NCBI GenBank assembly: GCA_964016885.1
Contig: OZ024751.1
Span: forward strand, 558,001-622,000
Reading direction: 5' to 3'
DNA length: 64,000 nt
DNA from: Eledone cirrhosa
Lineage: Eukaryota
The notes beneath the pieces are model-generated. The model was not told the DNA's origin and ran no database searches. It saw only the letters and a program-made list of their open reading frames with translations. A program made the position numbers and the translations under genes. Below are positions 50,780 through 64,000 of the stretch, one piece after another. The first letter of the stretch is position 1, and every line of letters starts with the position of its first letter.

Positions 50780-52398
50780 GCAAATTGGGTTTGTTCCAGA
50801 AAAAGGCACCACTGATGCCCTCTTCCTTGTGAAGCAGTTAGAGGAAAAGTACCTACCTAAAAGTAAGCCGCTCTACCTAGCATTCGTCGCCTGGAAAAAC
50901 CCTTCGACTGAGTCCCCCGTGCTATAATCTGGTGGGCTCTTAGAAAATTAGGAGTAGATGAATGGCTTGTGAAAGCTGTACAAGCCATGTATAGAGGAGC
51001 AGTCAGCAAAGTTAGGGTTAGCAATGGGTATAGCGAGGAATTTAGCATACAAGTCTGTCCACCAGGGCTCTGCTCTTAGCCCTTTCCTGTTCATTATAGT
51101 TTTGCAGGCAATAACGGAGGAGTTTAAGACCGGATGCCCATGGGAACTCCTGTATGCGGATGATCTCGCACTTATAGCTGAATCCATGGTGAAACTAGAG
51201 AAGAAATTCCAAACATGGAAGCAGCGACTAGAAAGAAAGGCTCTCAAAGTCAACCTGACAAAGACTAAGGTTCTTGTAAGTAGACGAGAAAACAGAACCC
51301 AGATTCCCTCAGGGAAATGGCCTTGCTCAGTATGTAGGAAAGATGTAGATAGGAACTCCACCTCTGCCCCAAATGCAAACAATGGGTACACAAGAGATGT
51401 AGTGGGATCTGAGGAAGCTTAATTAAGAATGTAGGCTTCATATGTAGCAGCTGCGCTGGGACAGCAAGCAGCAAACGACCACAGGAAACAAGCACCACCA
51501 AACTCTGGGAGGGCTCTGTAGAAACAGTAGACAGCTTCTGCTACCTAGGTGACCGAATTAGCAGAGTAGGTGGGTGTTCGGAAAGTACAATAACTAGATT
51601 AAGAACGGGATGGAAGAAGTTCAGGGAGCTACTGCCACTGCTAGCTGCAAAAGGCTTTTCCCTCAAAATAAAAGGCAGACTGTATGATGCGTGTATACGA
51701 ACAGCAATGTTACATGGAAGTGAAACCTGGGCACTGTCTGTGGAAGACTTGCGTAGATTAGAAATAAATGAAGCTGGCATGCTCCGATGGATGTGTAATA
51801 GTAATATATGCGAACAGCAAGGCATAAACGAATTGAGAGAGAGACTAAGCATAAGTGGAATCAAATGCTGTGTGCAGGAGAAGTGATGCGTATGAAGGAT
51901 GACAGCTGCATTAAAAGATGCAGAGCACTAGAAGTCGATGGGAGTCGCGGAGTGGGGAGACCCAAGAAGACCTGGGATGAGGTGATAAAAGCCAACCTTA
52001 CCCAATTGCACCTCTCAAGGGCGACGACACACGACTGTCACCTCTGGCGACATGAGTAATAAAGAAGACCCGACTTCCCACGGGTACAAGCTGAAGCTTA
52101 TAGACAATATGTCCCCATCCCCTCCCACTGCAAAGTTGTCGTGGAGGTGCCATGGCAAAAAAGCACCCAGACCACACTGTAAAGTGGACGTGTAGGCGCC
52201 ACAGAAAAAAAGCACCCAGCACTCAGTGTAAATGAGGTTGGTGTTAGGAAAGGCATCCAGCTGTAGAAATCAAGCCTGAATCAGTTCCCGTATGAGCAAG
52301 ACAAGGCCAGCCGACTGGACACTGCCCACAACAGGACAACTGTATAACCCATGCTAGCGTGGAAGAACGGACGTAAAACGGTGATGATGATGATGATG
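50780..52398 (+). mobile_element. RTE LINE, decayed, with 3'UTR and tail
   Basis: HQGSALSPFLF, YADD, GKWPCSVCRK, GRPKKTW; (GAT)n tail. Confidence 0.9.
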
Positions 52399-53124
52399 AT
52401 ATATAGGTATATGTGTGTGTACGTATGTATGTATATACATATATATTGTCTGTGTGTATTTATATGTATGTATCTGTGTATATATGTGTGGATATATGTA
52501 TGTATGTGTGTATATGTATGTATATGTGTGTATGTATATATATATATATATATATGTACATGTATATATATATATACATATATATATATATACATGTATA
52601 TATATATACATGTATATATATATATATGTGTGTGTGTGTATGTATATGTATATGTTTATATATATGTATATATATATATATAGATATATATATATATAAT
52701 AACTAGAAATTGATTAACATATATATAAACATGAATAATCACAGGAGATAATTTTTACAAGCGTGTAACCACGCATAGCTAGGTAGGTAACAAATAAAGT
52801 TGACTAGAACTTCAAAAATAGATACCTTTTAATATGATTAATCTTCCCTGTATATATTCCATTAAAGAAATATATTTCACCAATTAATCAGATGGTAAGT
52901 CACGGAAGTGGATATTTTTGGATTATCAACAAGGAAGAAAAATATCCAGCAATCCATGCTTACACAGCGAGTTCAAATCTGCAACTGGCCGCTACCGCGT
53001 GTTGTGTTTACACACGACAGCGGCTTCGTCTCAGTGGCGTGAATAGGTATTTGACAACTAGAAACATCAGTCGATTCCTTTCAACAGAGTTAGCTCTACA
53101 ATTAAGGAGCCGTATCTATATATA

Positions 53125-53289
53125 TATATCCAAAATTAAGATAAATTAAATGAATTTAATCCAAATCAAAACTATGGGTGTCATTCCATAACGGCGTGCG
53201 CTGGGCGATATGGCGCACGCCATTATGGCATGACACCCATAATTTTGATTTGGATTAAATTCATTTAATTTATCTTAATTTTGGATATA
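53125..53289. repeat. Foldback with ~77-bp arms inside (TA)n
   Basis: Arms 53125-53201 and 53213-53289, few mismatches, 11-nt loop. Confidence 0.88.
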
Positions 53290-53290
53290 G

Positions 53291-53396
<106 letters not shown>

Positions 53397-53450
53397 GTAT
53401 ATATATATATATATATATATTTATGTATATATATATATATATATATATAC

Positions 53451-53488
<38 letters not shown>

Positions 53489-53523
53489 CCGATTCAACCT
53501 GGAATAACTTATATATATATATA

Positions 53524-53870
53524 TGGAGGCACATGGCTTAGTGGTTAGAGCATTGGCCTTGCAATCGAAAGGTTGTGAGTTCAATTCTCAGACCGGGTGA
53601 TGTGTTGTTTCCTTGAGCGAGACACTTTATTTCACATTGCTCCAGTTTACTCAGCTGTAGAAATAAGATGATAGGGACTTGGGCCCCTATCATTCCACTG
53701 TAAAGTGGTCGTGGAGGAGCCACGGCAAAAAAGCACCCAGCACTCACTGTAAATGAGGTTGGTGTTAGGAAGGGCATCCAGCTGTAGAAATAAGCCAGAA
53801 TCAGTTCCTGTCCCACCCTTGCACGCAGGGAAAAGCGGACGTAAAATGATGATGATGATGATGATGATGA
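53524..53870 (+). mobile_element. SINE family 2
   Basis: tRNA-like head; tail CCCACCCTTGCACGCAGGGAAAAGCGGACGTAAAA(TGA)n. Confidence 0.88.
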
Positions 53871-53902
<32 letters not shown>

Positions 53903-53907
<5 letters not shown>

Positions 53908-54020
53908 TAAAATAACAGATTAAAATTTAAGCAAAGAATCGCTGCATTCACCCTTAACGGGATCTTCTGAAACTAACAAAGTCAATCTGTAAACGCAGAA
54001 CTGGATATTTCAAAAAACGT
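53903..54020 (-). mobile_element. Fragment of the non-autonomous Helitron family
   Basis: Matches 2586-2700. Confidence 0.7.
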
Positions 54021-55275
54021 TGCAACCGGAGGAAGACAGGAAGACGATACTTTGGTTCGTGGTTACGTTCGCTGGCAAAGAACGGGAAAAAACGAATAAT
54101 ACGTCATTAATCGGAGCGGTGAAAAACAATTACGCGCAAAGACAAAACCACGTTTATGGTATAAAAGAGGTCGTAGACTAATGTTCTCTTAGGTGGTGCA
54201 TAGAGACGTTCTCTGGCAATGAACGAAAAAACGAAGATAATAAGTCATTCTGCTATACCATTTAGGCGGTTTTGTCTTTGCGTGCTATTGTTCTCCACGC
54301 TCCACATATGACTTATTATCTTCGTTTTTTCGTTTATATAGAAAATTAGATATATAGAAAAAAATAAATATAAAGATATTTTAAAATATATAAAAAAAAA
54401 TAGATTTAAAATAAATAGATATAAAGTAGAAGCATAGGATAAAATATAGATATAAGGATAGATATATGAGTGGATAGATGGGTATATCATGTTATAGATG
54501 ATAAATTATGAGGGATACTAGTTTATATTTAGTGTAAGTATTTAAATTAAATTAAATTAAATTAGCCGAGTTAATAAGATTATTGGAAAAATATTTAAAA
54601 TTCCAGTTTTGCTTATTTATTAGTTATTATGAGATAATTTTGACAAAGATATGTTTAAAGATATATTTAGCCAGAGTTAGTTATTGGTTATAACTCTAAT
54701 ATTAAATAATTAAAAAATTAAAAATTATTAAAAGTATAAGAAAATATTAAAACCATTAAAATATTAAGATTATAAAATATTAAAAATTCTAGACAAAATT
54801 CCTGAAAATTCCTGGAAAAACCTACTAAGAGATTTTTAAAAGATCTCAAAAAACCTCAGAAGATACTCAAAAACCTTTTTAAAAACATTTAAAAAGTGTT
54901 TAAAATTAATTAAAAACCTAAAATTATTCAGAAAATATAAAGAAATAATATTAAGAAATATTTAAAAAATACTTAAAAATACTAGAAAAATACTAAAAAA
55001 TATATTAAAACTATTAAGATAACCCAAATAATCCTTAAAAAATATTTTTTTTGGAAATAAGTAATTTAAAAAAAAAAATTTAAGTAATTTTTCTAAAAAG
55101 ATTATGAGATATTTTAGAAGTAAGGATAAAAAATAAAGATAAAAAATGAGATATTTATAAGTACAATAAAAGATTTAAGCAGTAAAGATATTTAAGAAGT
55201 AAAAATATTAAAAAGTAAAGATTTAAGAAGTAAATTATATATATTTAAGAAGTAAAAGATAGAATTATATTAAAT

Positions 55276-55730
55276 TTAAAGATTTAGAATTTGTGAACAT
55301 ATATGCATATAATTTAAGTTTTGGCGATGTTTACAAGAACTAAATAAATTCTTACGTATATTAATGGAGTTCTTACATCTAAGTATGAAGAATATTTCCT
55401 CAACACACAATTTGCAAAATTTAGATAAAGCTGTGTTTTTGTAAGCGGGTGCTTTTGAAATTACATTCCAAGTTAAAGAATAGTCTCTATTTTTGGATTT
55501 TAAGTTCCATATCAAGTTGGATAGAGAAGTTTAAGATTTTTTACCAATATTATTAAACGAACATTTATGGTTATTGAAACGAGATTTAAAGTCTGTAGAA
55601 GTTGAGCCAACGTAGTTAAAAATATTATCATTGGTTTTGCCATTGCATTTATAGACCACATTTTTAACTAAACAGTTATTTGTTAAAGGACAGTTAGATT
55701 TAATTCTACAATTACATTTATCAGAGTTTA
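55276..55730 (-). pseudogene. Second Penelope-like family, GIY-YIG endonuclease fragment
   Basis: KCNCRIKSNCPLTNNCLVKNVVYKC..NYVGSTSTDFKSRFNNHKCSF..IWNLK..CKLCVEE..CKHR; followed by an extremely AT-rich tract 54340-55275. Confidence 0.88.
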
Positions 55731-56233
55731 TATTATTCGGAACAGTATTATTATATTGGATATTGCTAGAGGTATTAGTGCTATTCTGGTTAAGGTTTAG
55801 ATTATATATATATATGTATGTAAGTGTGTATATCGGTATAAGAGTGTGTATTTTTGAGAGTGTGTGGGAGTCACAGCTTTATATGAGTGCTGTGTGAATG
55901 TGCTTGTAGACAACTGACCAAAGGCATTATTAGCTAAAACGAGGTTAACTTTGCCTTTCATCCTTACGGGGTCAATAAAATAAAGTACCAGTAATGTACT
56001 GTGTAGTTGCTGACCTTGTGCCAAAAATAGAAACAATTATTAGCTTAAGTGAAAGATATAAATACCAGCATATTACTTGGACAGTCGGCTTCCTAATGAA
56101 TTCTCCAGAATGAAACAGTTCTAGTCCTGTAGAAGCCTTTCTATATTAAATATTTATACTCTGCTTTGTATTGAGTACCTTACTTACCGTGATTACCCCC
56201 GATTGAACCAGGGATAAACTTATTTTCATAATT

Positions 56234-56546
56234 TCATTTTACGTCCGCTTTTTCCCTGCTTGCAAGGGTGGGACGGGAACTGATTCTGGCTTGATTTCTA
56301 CAGCTGCATGCCCTTCCTAACACTAACCTCATTTACAGTGAGTGCTGGGTGCTTTTTTGCTGTGGCACTTACATGACCACTTTGCAGTGGAATGATATGG
56401 ACCCCAGTCCCTATCATCTCATTTCTACAGCTGAGTAAACTTGAGCAATATGAAATAAAGTGTCTTGCTCAAGGAAACAACACATCACCCTTGAGCAAGA
56501 CACTTTATTTCACATTGCTCCAGTTTACTCAGCTGTAGAAATGAGA
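56234..56546 (-). mobile_element. SINE family 2 with internal inversion
   Basis: 56415-56475 is repeated in inverted orientation at 56490-56548. Confidence 0.8.
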
Positions 56547-56694
56547 TGACCGACCAGTCTGTCGGGCGCCGATTGCCGCCCGACAGACTGGTCGGTCAAG
56601 GTGATCAAGGTGATATATATATATATATATACACACATATATATGTATATATGCACACACACATACATATATATACATACTTATATATGTGTGT

Positions 56695-57440
56695 CATCAT
56701 CATCATTATCATCACCATTTTACGTCAATGTTTCGATGCTACCATGGGTCAGACGGGTTGTCCTGTTGTGGGCAATGCCGGGTCAAGTGACCATATCTTT
56801 CTCATATAGGACTGATTTTGGCTCGGTTTCTACAGCTGGATGCCCTACCTAACACCAACCTCATTTACAGTGAGTACTGGGTGCTTTTTGTTGTGACACC
56901 TACATGACTACTTTACAGTGGGGGCATATTGTCTATATACTTCAGCTTTGGCTTGTATCTGTGAGAACTTCTGTATTACTGTGTAATGTCAGAGGTCTCA
57001 GATCTGTGTCATCACCTTTGAGAGGTGCAATTGGGCAAGGTCAGTTTTTATCACCTCATTCCAGGTCTTCTTGGGTCTCCCCACTCTAAGGCTTCCATTG
57101 ACTTTTAGTGCTCTGCACCTTTTTATGCAACTGTCATCCTTCATACACATCACATGTCCATACCAATGCAACCTCCTCTCCTGCACACAACATTTGATTC
57201 CTCTTATGCTCAGTCTCTCTCTTAATTCGTTTATGCTTTGCCGTTTGCGTATATTACTATTACACATCCATCGGAGCATGCACGCTTCGTTTCTTTCTAA
57301 TCTACGCAAGTCTTCTGCACACAACGCCCAGGTCTCACTACCATGTAACATTGCTGTTCAAATGCACGCATCATACAGACTGCCTTTCATTTTGAGGGAA
57401 AAGCCTTTTGCAGCTAGTATTGGTAGTAGCTCCCTGAACT
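56695..57440 (-). mobile_element. RTE LINE 3' portion
   Basis: MLHGSETW..RRLHWYGH..GRPKKTW; (CAT)n tail at about 56700. Confidence 0.9.
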
Positions 57441-58094
57441 GTGTGTATATAGCACCCTGTGGTAGTAGCACTCTGAACTGCGTTCTTTGACCTATTTAAT
57501 TGTAAAAGACTATTTTGAGTTTCTAACTATATATATATATATATATATATATCATATATTGAGTTAGAAATTCAAAATAGTCTTTTACAATTAAATAGCT
57601 CAAGGAACGGAATCTTTCCGAGCCGTGTAATATAATTGAATATATGAACACCGATACAACTATACATGTGTTCCAATTGCAAATGACCAAATTAGCTAGG
57701 TTGAAAAAATACTAATTTAAAACAAAATGGTTTGCCTATCTCGATTTAAAGTAATAAATCAATAAAAATAACAAACCTATATAGGGCAACTGCCGTTTGC
57801 TACCCGGACAGATCTAAAATCTGTTTTGCAACAATTATTAAGTGAAAGCCACCATTCCTGTGCTCTTCTGTTAGGTATCCAGGAAATTCGTACCTTTCAC
57901 TTCAAAAGATCTAAGAAGACTGAACTATGTGTTGATATAAACGCACATGTTACAGCACCTAGCGTGTCTCATACTCATGCTGCTAAAAATAGCAGCCGGT
58001 TTTATGGGACTAAAGTTAGCTCTACGTATGGAGCTGAGAATATCATAGATTGAGTTAGAAACTCAAAATAGTCTTTTACAATTAATTAGCTCAC

Positions 58095-60866
58095 CTATAG
58101 ATCAGGAGAACACTCCAGTTAGATAGATTATATCCTTACCAGAAGACGTGACAGAGTGTCTGTTGTAAATACTAAATCCCTCCCCCGTGAAGAATACACC
58201 TCCCAACATAGCCTCATAGTTAGCGCCCTCATAGTCAGGACTAAGCGTACTCGACAACAGAGGAGGACTACCCTGAGGAGAAGAATATGAAATTTAAAGG
58301 ACCCCACAGCCAGTAACAAATTTAAAAGCATATTACTTGATGCTTTTGACAGTAAGGAAGAGCAATTAGAGACGTACAATATAGAGGAACAGTGGGAATT
58401 CCTGAAAGTTAACCTGCTGACGGCGACAGATGAAATCTGTGGCTGGAGCAGACCTATAGGCAGGAAGAGAGTAACATAGTGGTGGAACAGTAAGGTGGAG
58501 GAGTTAATCAAGGCCAAAAAGCAAGCCTGGAAAGTATGGCGGGATGGGGGAAGTAGAGAACACTATTAAGTGGCCAGGAGGGCAGCTAGGAGACAAGTGT
58601 TCTTTGCAAGAAGGGAAGCAGAGGAAAGAAAGTTCAAGCATGTTCTACAACGCGAGGATCAAAAACGTGAGGTGTTCAGGATTGCTAGGCAATGTGTCAA
58701 GGAAAACCGTGATATTGTCGGGGAGAAGTGTGTCTGTAATGATGATGGTGTACTTGCCATCACTGATAATGATAAGTAAGTAGCTTGGAAGTATCACTAC
58801 GAGGGGCTACTAAATGAGGAGAATAAATGGGAAAAAGATAGTCTGCCCCAAATCGATCCAATAGAGGGACCAGCAGTGCAAGTTGAATATAATAAGTAAG
58901 GCAATTAAATATATGAAGACAGGCAAGGCAGCTGGGCCTTTGGAGATAGTTGCTGAAATGCTGAAAGCATCTGGAACTATGGTCACCCGGATAGTAAACC
59001 AAGTCATACAGAACGGGGTCATACCAAATGACTGGCGTAGCAGCACCACCATTAACTGCTACAAGGGTAAAGGGGATGCTATAGAGGCATTAAATTAATT
59101 GACCAGGTCATGAAGGTCACAGAAAAAGTTATAGCGCAACTAATCAGAGAGCGAATTGATCTAGATGAAATGCAGTTTGGTTTTGTGTCAGGTAAAAGTA
59201 CCACAGATGCCCTTTTCCTTATACAACAAATACAGGAGAAGTACCTAGCTAAAAGTAAACCCCTATACTTAGCGTTTGTTGACTTGGAGAAAGCCTTTGA
59301 CAGAGTCCCCCGCCCCATTATCTGGTGGGCCCTTTGAAAACTAGGTGTAGATGAATGGCTTGTGAGAGCTATACAAGCCATGTGTAAAGAAACAGTCAGC
59401 AAGGTTAGAATTAACAACGAATATAGTGAAGAATTTAGCGTAAAAGTTGGTGTTCATCAAGGCTCCGTCCTTAGCCCCCTACTATTTATTATTGCCCTTC
59501 AGGCTATAACAGAGGAGTTCAAGACCGGCTGCCCATGGGAACTTCTATATGCAGATGATCTAACGCTCATAGCTGAATCGATGGCTGAACTAGAGAAGAA
59601 ATTCCAAACATGCAAGCATGGCCTAGAATCAAAAGGCCTTAAAGTTAACTTGTCTAAGACTAATGTTCTAGTATGTAGGAAGGAAAATAGGGCACAGGTC
59701 CCCTCTGGGAAATGGCCATGCTTAGTGTGTAGGAAAGGAGTAGGCAGAAAATCCATTTTAAGTCCCAAATGCAAAGTATGGGTGCATAAAAGATGTGGGA
59801 TCACAGGTAAGCTATCTAAGAATGTAGATTTTATATGTGGCCGGTGCTCAGGTGCAATAAGTAGCAAGTGCCCACAGGATACTAGCTCCTTCTATTGGCC
59901 AGATGGTTCTATAGAAATAGTGGACACCTTCCGTTACCTGGGTGACAAAATCAGCAGTGGGTGCTCTGAAAGTACAGTAGCCAGTCAGAACGGGATGGAA
60001 AAAGTTCAGAGAGCTTATATCTGGCCACTAAAGGTTTCTCTCTAAAAATGAAAGGCAGACTCTATGATACCTGCATACGAACAGCAATGTTACATGGCAG
60101 TGAGACATGGGCATTGTGTACAAAGGATCTGCGCAGACTGGAGAGGAATGAAGCATGCATGCTCTGTTGGATGTGTAATAGTAATATACGTGAACGGCAA
60201 AGCATAAATGAACTAAATGAGAAATTAGGAATAAGAGGGATCAGATGCTGTTTACTTGAGAGAAGACTACGTTGGTATGGTCACGTGATGCGCATGAAAG
60301 ACGACAGCTGTATAAAAAAGTGCAGGGCAATAAAAATAGACGGTAGCCACGGAGTAGGCAGACCCAGAAAAACCTGGGACGATTTGATAAATTCCGACCT
60401 TACACACTTACACCTCTCTAAGACAATGTCACTGGACCGAGATCTTTGGCGCTACGCAGTAATACAGAAGACCCGCCTTGTCTATGTACAAAGCGAAACC
60501 TACAGACGGTAGGCACCTCTTAACCAAATATACACCCCCCCAGCCATCAACACCACCCCTTTCTGTGTTAAGTTATGTTGGTACTACAACATCCAGTCGT
60601 AAATAAATGAGGTCGTGTAGGTGTCACAACAAAAAAAACACACACAGTCCACGCTGTAATGTGGCCGTGTAGGTAAAACGGTAAAAACCTCACAGTCCAC
60701 ACTGTAAATGAGATTAGTGTTATGAAGGGCATCCAGCTGTAGAAAACCTGCCAGACAGTCCTATACGAGTGAGATGACCAATCTTGCCTCAAGTGGGACA
60801 ATTCCCGTCTAAACCCATGTTAGCTTGGAAGATAGATGTTAAACGATGATGATGATGATGATGATA
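58095..60866 (+). mobile_element. Longest RTE LINE copy (APE C-terminus to tail), disrupted
   Basis: IDYILTRR..SQH (APE end), WWN, GKAAGP, MQFGF, DLEKAFD, YADD, PHD-like finger, RLRWYGH, (GAT)n tail; several stops and frameshifts. Confidence 0.95.
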
Positions 60867-60922
60867 TATATATATACACACACACACACACATATAAGTA
60901 TGTATATATATGTATGTGTATA

Positions 60923-60964
<42 letters not shown>

Positions 60965-61240
60965 ATCTCACACACACCTCGCCAAGACAATGTCACTGGA
61001 CCGAGATCTTTGGCGCTACACAGTAATAGAGAAGACCCGCCTTACCTAAGTACAAAGTGAAACCTACTACCTAATACACCCCCGTCCCACTACCCCCACC
61101 TCATCCACACCACCCCTTTTGATGTAAAGTTATGTTGGTACTACAACATCCAGTCCGAAACAAATGAGGTCGTGTAGGTGTCACGACAAAAAACACACAG
61201 CCCACGCTGTAATGTGGACGATGATGATGATGATGATGAT
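60965..61240 (+). mobile_element. RTE LINE 3' end fragment
   Basis: KTMSLDRDLWRY..KTRLT* and 3'UTR. Confidence 0.8.
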
Positions 61241-61361
61241 ATATATATATATGTATGTGTATATATCATCATCATCATTTTACGTCCGTTCTTCCACGGA
61301 TGTAAAACGGTGATGATGATGATATATACACATATATATATACATTTATATATATATATAT

Positions 61362-61895
61362 GATGGCTGCCCCCTCGTTATCGAGTATGGCCATTGCACC
61401 ATATAGCATTATTAATAATTATTAATTAATGCTATCGTGCAATGCCTGTCCTTGAAGATATTTTTTAAAGTGAGGAAAGACTGTGCACTGAGTCAATTCC
61501 ACTCTCTGAGCGACAATAGCTATAACCCGAAAAGAAGAGAAGATCAACATCATCGGTAACTACTGAGCCGCAGGTTTTATTTCGGAGTTATTCCAGTTTC
61601 CTGAGTTGCCTTCTCCTAGAAAAATGCCCTGACAAATGCTAGGGGTCCTTCACTCCCAGTGGATTAACCGCGCGGTACATGTGTATATACATATTTACAC
61701 ACTTTTGGATGGCCGTTGACTCTTATGAGTTCTTCCGCCCTTTGTCAGGTTTTGTTTTTTGTCCTGCAGGGTGTTCAAATTCACCCTCCTCACCAAGTAA
61801 ACTTGCTGGGGTTGCCAGTTTAGTCGCCGACGACCCGACCATGCGACAGGTTGTACTGGGTTACATGTTACCAGTAGCACTGAAGAGTGACCCGA
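61362..61895 (-). mobile_element. Non-coding interspersed repeat resembling an RTE 5' leader
   Basis: Homolog of 50275-50762 with an extra structured 5' part; bounded by (TA)n. Confidence 0.55.
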
Positions 61896-61899
61896 CATA

Positions 61900-61932
<33 letters not shown>

Positions 61933-62740
61933 ATATATATTATATATATGATGATCATCATTATCATCGACATCATTTAATGTCCATTTTCTACGGTAGC
62001 ATGGGTAGGACGGACTGTCCCGTTGTGAGAAATCTAGGTCGGAGGACCATGTTTTACTCCCACAGAACAGAATTTAGCTTAGTTTCTATGGCTGAATGCC
62101 GTTCCTAACGCCAACCACATTTATAGCGTGTACTGGGTGCTTTTTGTCACGACACCTACATGACCACTTTACCGAGTGAACTGGGTGCTTTTTGTCCTGA
62201 CACCTACATGACTGTTAATTTTGAAAATAAAGAATTTGGAAGGATTTGTAAAACAACTAACTTTTTCATTACTAAACTAGTGTGTGTGTCTGTGTATGAG
62301 TGTGTGAGCAGGACATGAGAAATAAATTCAGCATATAAGTAGAAGACACTTGCTTGTGCTGTGGAATTGAACCAGAAACCATATGGTTGTAAAAGAAACT
62401 CCTTAATCACACACCAATACCAGCACCTATGTATGTGTGATGTGCATAATATTACCATCTATGTATATATATATATATATATATATATACCCCATATATA
62501 TCCTACCTCCCCAATTGTCCATGCATCTTCCCACCCCACCTAAGTCACTAACCCACACCATAAAGTGGTCATCCTCATTACTAAGATAGTAACTTAATGT
62601 AAGTTTCCTATATAAAATTATGTTGGAAGATTTAAATTTAAATTGGAAACCTTTAAAACAGGCGGTTTTATTTAATAAGCCAGAGCCGGTTTGGGCGAGG
62701 TAACAAAGGGGTTAAGCTGAAATGTAATTGTAGCTCTGAG

Positions 62741-62880
62741 ATGAGGGAGTCACTCCAGATAGAACTGCTATTGTTCTGAGGGAGTCACTCCAGATAGAAC
62801 TGCTATTGTTCTGAGGGAGTCACTCCAGATAGAACTGCTATTGCTCTGAGGGAGTCACTCCAAATAGAACTGCTATTGCT
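62741..62880. repeat. 35-bp tandem repeat, 4 copies
   Basis: CTGAGGGAGTCACTCCAGATAGAACTGCTATTG(T/C)T at 62741, 62776, 62811 and 62846; no spacers. Confidence 0.95.
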
Positions 62881-64000
62881 CTGAGGGAGATGACAGGTGA
62901 TTGGGGATGGGGACAGGAGATTGGGGAAGCTGACAGGTGATTGGGGGAGAGGACAGGTGATTGGGGGAGATGACAGGTGATTGGGGGAGAGGACAGGTGA
63001 TTGGGGGAGATGACAGGTGATTGGGGGAGATGACAGGGGATTGGAGGAGATGTCAGGTGATTGGGGGAGAGGACAGGTGATTGGGGGAGAGGACAGGTGA
63101 TTGGGGGAGAGGACAGGTGATTGGGGGAGAGGACAGGTGATTGGGGGTGATGACAGGTGATTGGAGGAGATGTCAGGTGATTGGGGGAGATGTCAGGTGA
63201 TTGGGGGAGAGGACAGGTGATTGGGGGAGGGGACAGGTGATTGGCGGAGAGGACAGGTGATTGGGGGAGATGTCAGGTGATTGAGGGAGATGACAGGTGA
63301 TTGGGGGAGAGGACAGGTGATTGGGGGAGAGGACAGGTGATTGGGGGAGAGGACAGGTGATTGGGAGAGAGGACAGGTGATTGGGGGAGAGGACAGGTGA
63401 TTGGGGGAGAGGACAGGTGATTGGGGGAGAGGACAGGTGATTGGGGGTGATGACAGGTGATTGGAGGAGATGTCAGGTGATTGGGGGAGAGGACAGGTGA
63501 TTGGGGGAGATGACAGGTGATTGAGGGAGAGGACAGGTGATTGAGGGAGGGGACAAGTGATTGAAGGAGCGGACAGGTGATTGGGGGAGATGACAGGTGA
63601 TTGGGGAGATGTCAGGTGATTGGGGGAGAGGACAGGTGATTGGCGGAGAGGACAGATGATTGAGAGAGTGGACAGGTGATTGGCGGAGAGGACAGGTGAT
63701 TGGGGGAGATGTCAGGTGATTGAGGGAGATGACAGGTGATTGGGGGAGAGGACAGGTGATTGAGGGAGGGGACAAGTGATTGAAGGAGGGGACAGGTGAT
63801 TGGGGGAGATGACAGGTGATTGGGGAGATGTCAGGTGATTCGGGGAGAGGACAGGTGATTGGGGGAGGGGACAGGTGATTGGGGGAGGGGACAGGTGATT
63901 GGGGGTGATGACAGGTGATTGGGGGAGGGGACAGGTGATTGGGGGAGGGGACAGGTGATTGGGGGAGATGACAGGTGATTGAGGGAGATGATAGGTGATT
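62881..64000. repeat. 20-bp G-rich minisatellite, about 55 copies, runs off the window
   Basis: Unit (G/T)GACAGGTGATTGGGGGAGA. Confidence 0.97.

Noticed and set aside
54340-55275. Extremely AT-rich block as a mitochondrial insertion
   Set aside because: No mitochondrial gene, tRNA or rRNA motif recognised; it follows a Penelope ORF and is best read as its 3' region
62741-62880. 35-bp repeats as a CRISPR array
   Set aside because: Units are contiguous with no unique spacers, there are no cas genes, and the context is eukaryotic
63473-63775. Pro/Ser-rich 100-aa ORF
   Set aside because: Translation of the 20-bp minisatellite

Overview
Eukaryotic, AT-rich, transposon-dense DNA with many (TA)n, (CA)n and (GAT)n microsatellites. 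The SINE content suggests a cephalopod (octopus-like) genome; this is inference. No prokaryotic features are present, and most short ORFs in the supplied track are microsatellite or antisense artefacts. Recognisable elements are: a decayed autonomous Helitron (RepHel) with an intact 3' hairpin/CTAG end, and non-autonomous Helitrons; a young full-length Gypsy LTR retrotransposon, a neighbouring non-autonomous LTR element sharing its cis-signals, and a solo LTR; Penelope-like GIY-YIG fragments with about eight hammerhead-ribozyme motifs; a CRE-like RLE retrotransposon fragment; many RTE LINE copies with a PHD-like finger inside ORF2; two tRNA-derived SINE families; hAT and piggyBac-type MITEs; and a terminal G-rich minisatellite. 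The most notable signal is a same-strand series of divergent, short FLYWCH zinc-finger units resembling Mutator/MULE transposase N-termini without the DDE core. One is recoverable as an intact 91-aa ORF only after removing two LTR insertions. Another has a strong splice donor and a phase-matched downstream exon with no recognisable transposon similarity. This may be a locus of captured or domesticated FLYWCH exons. Coordinates were counted by eye and may be off by a few bases.
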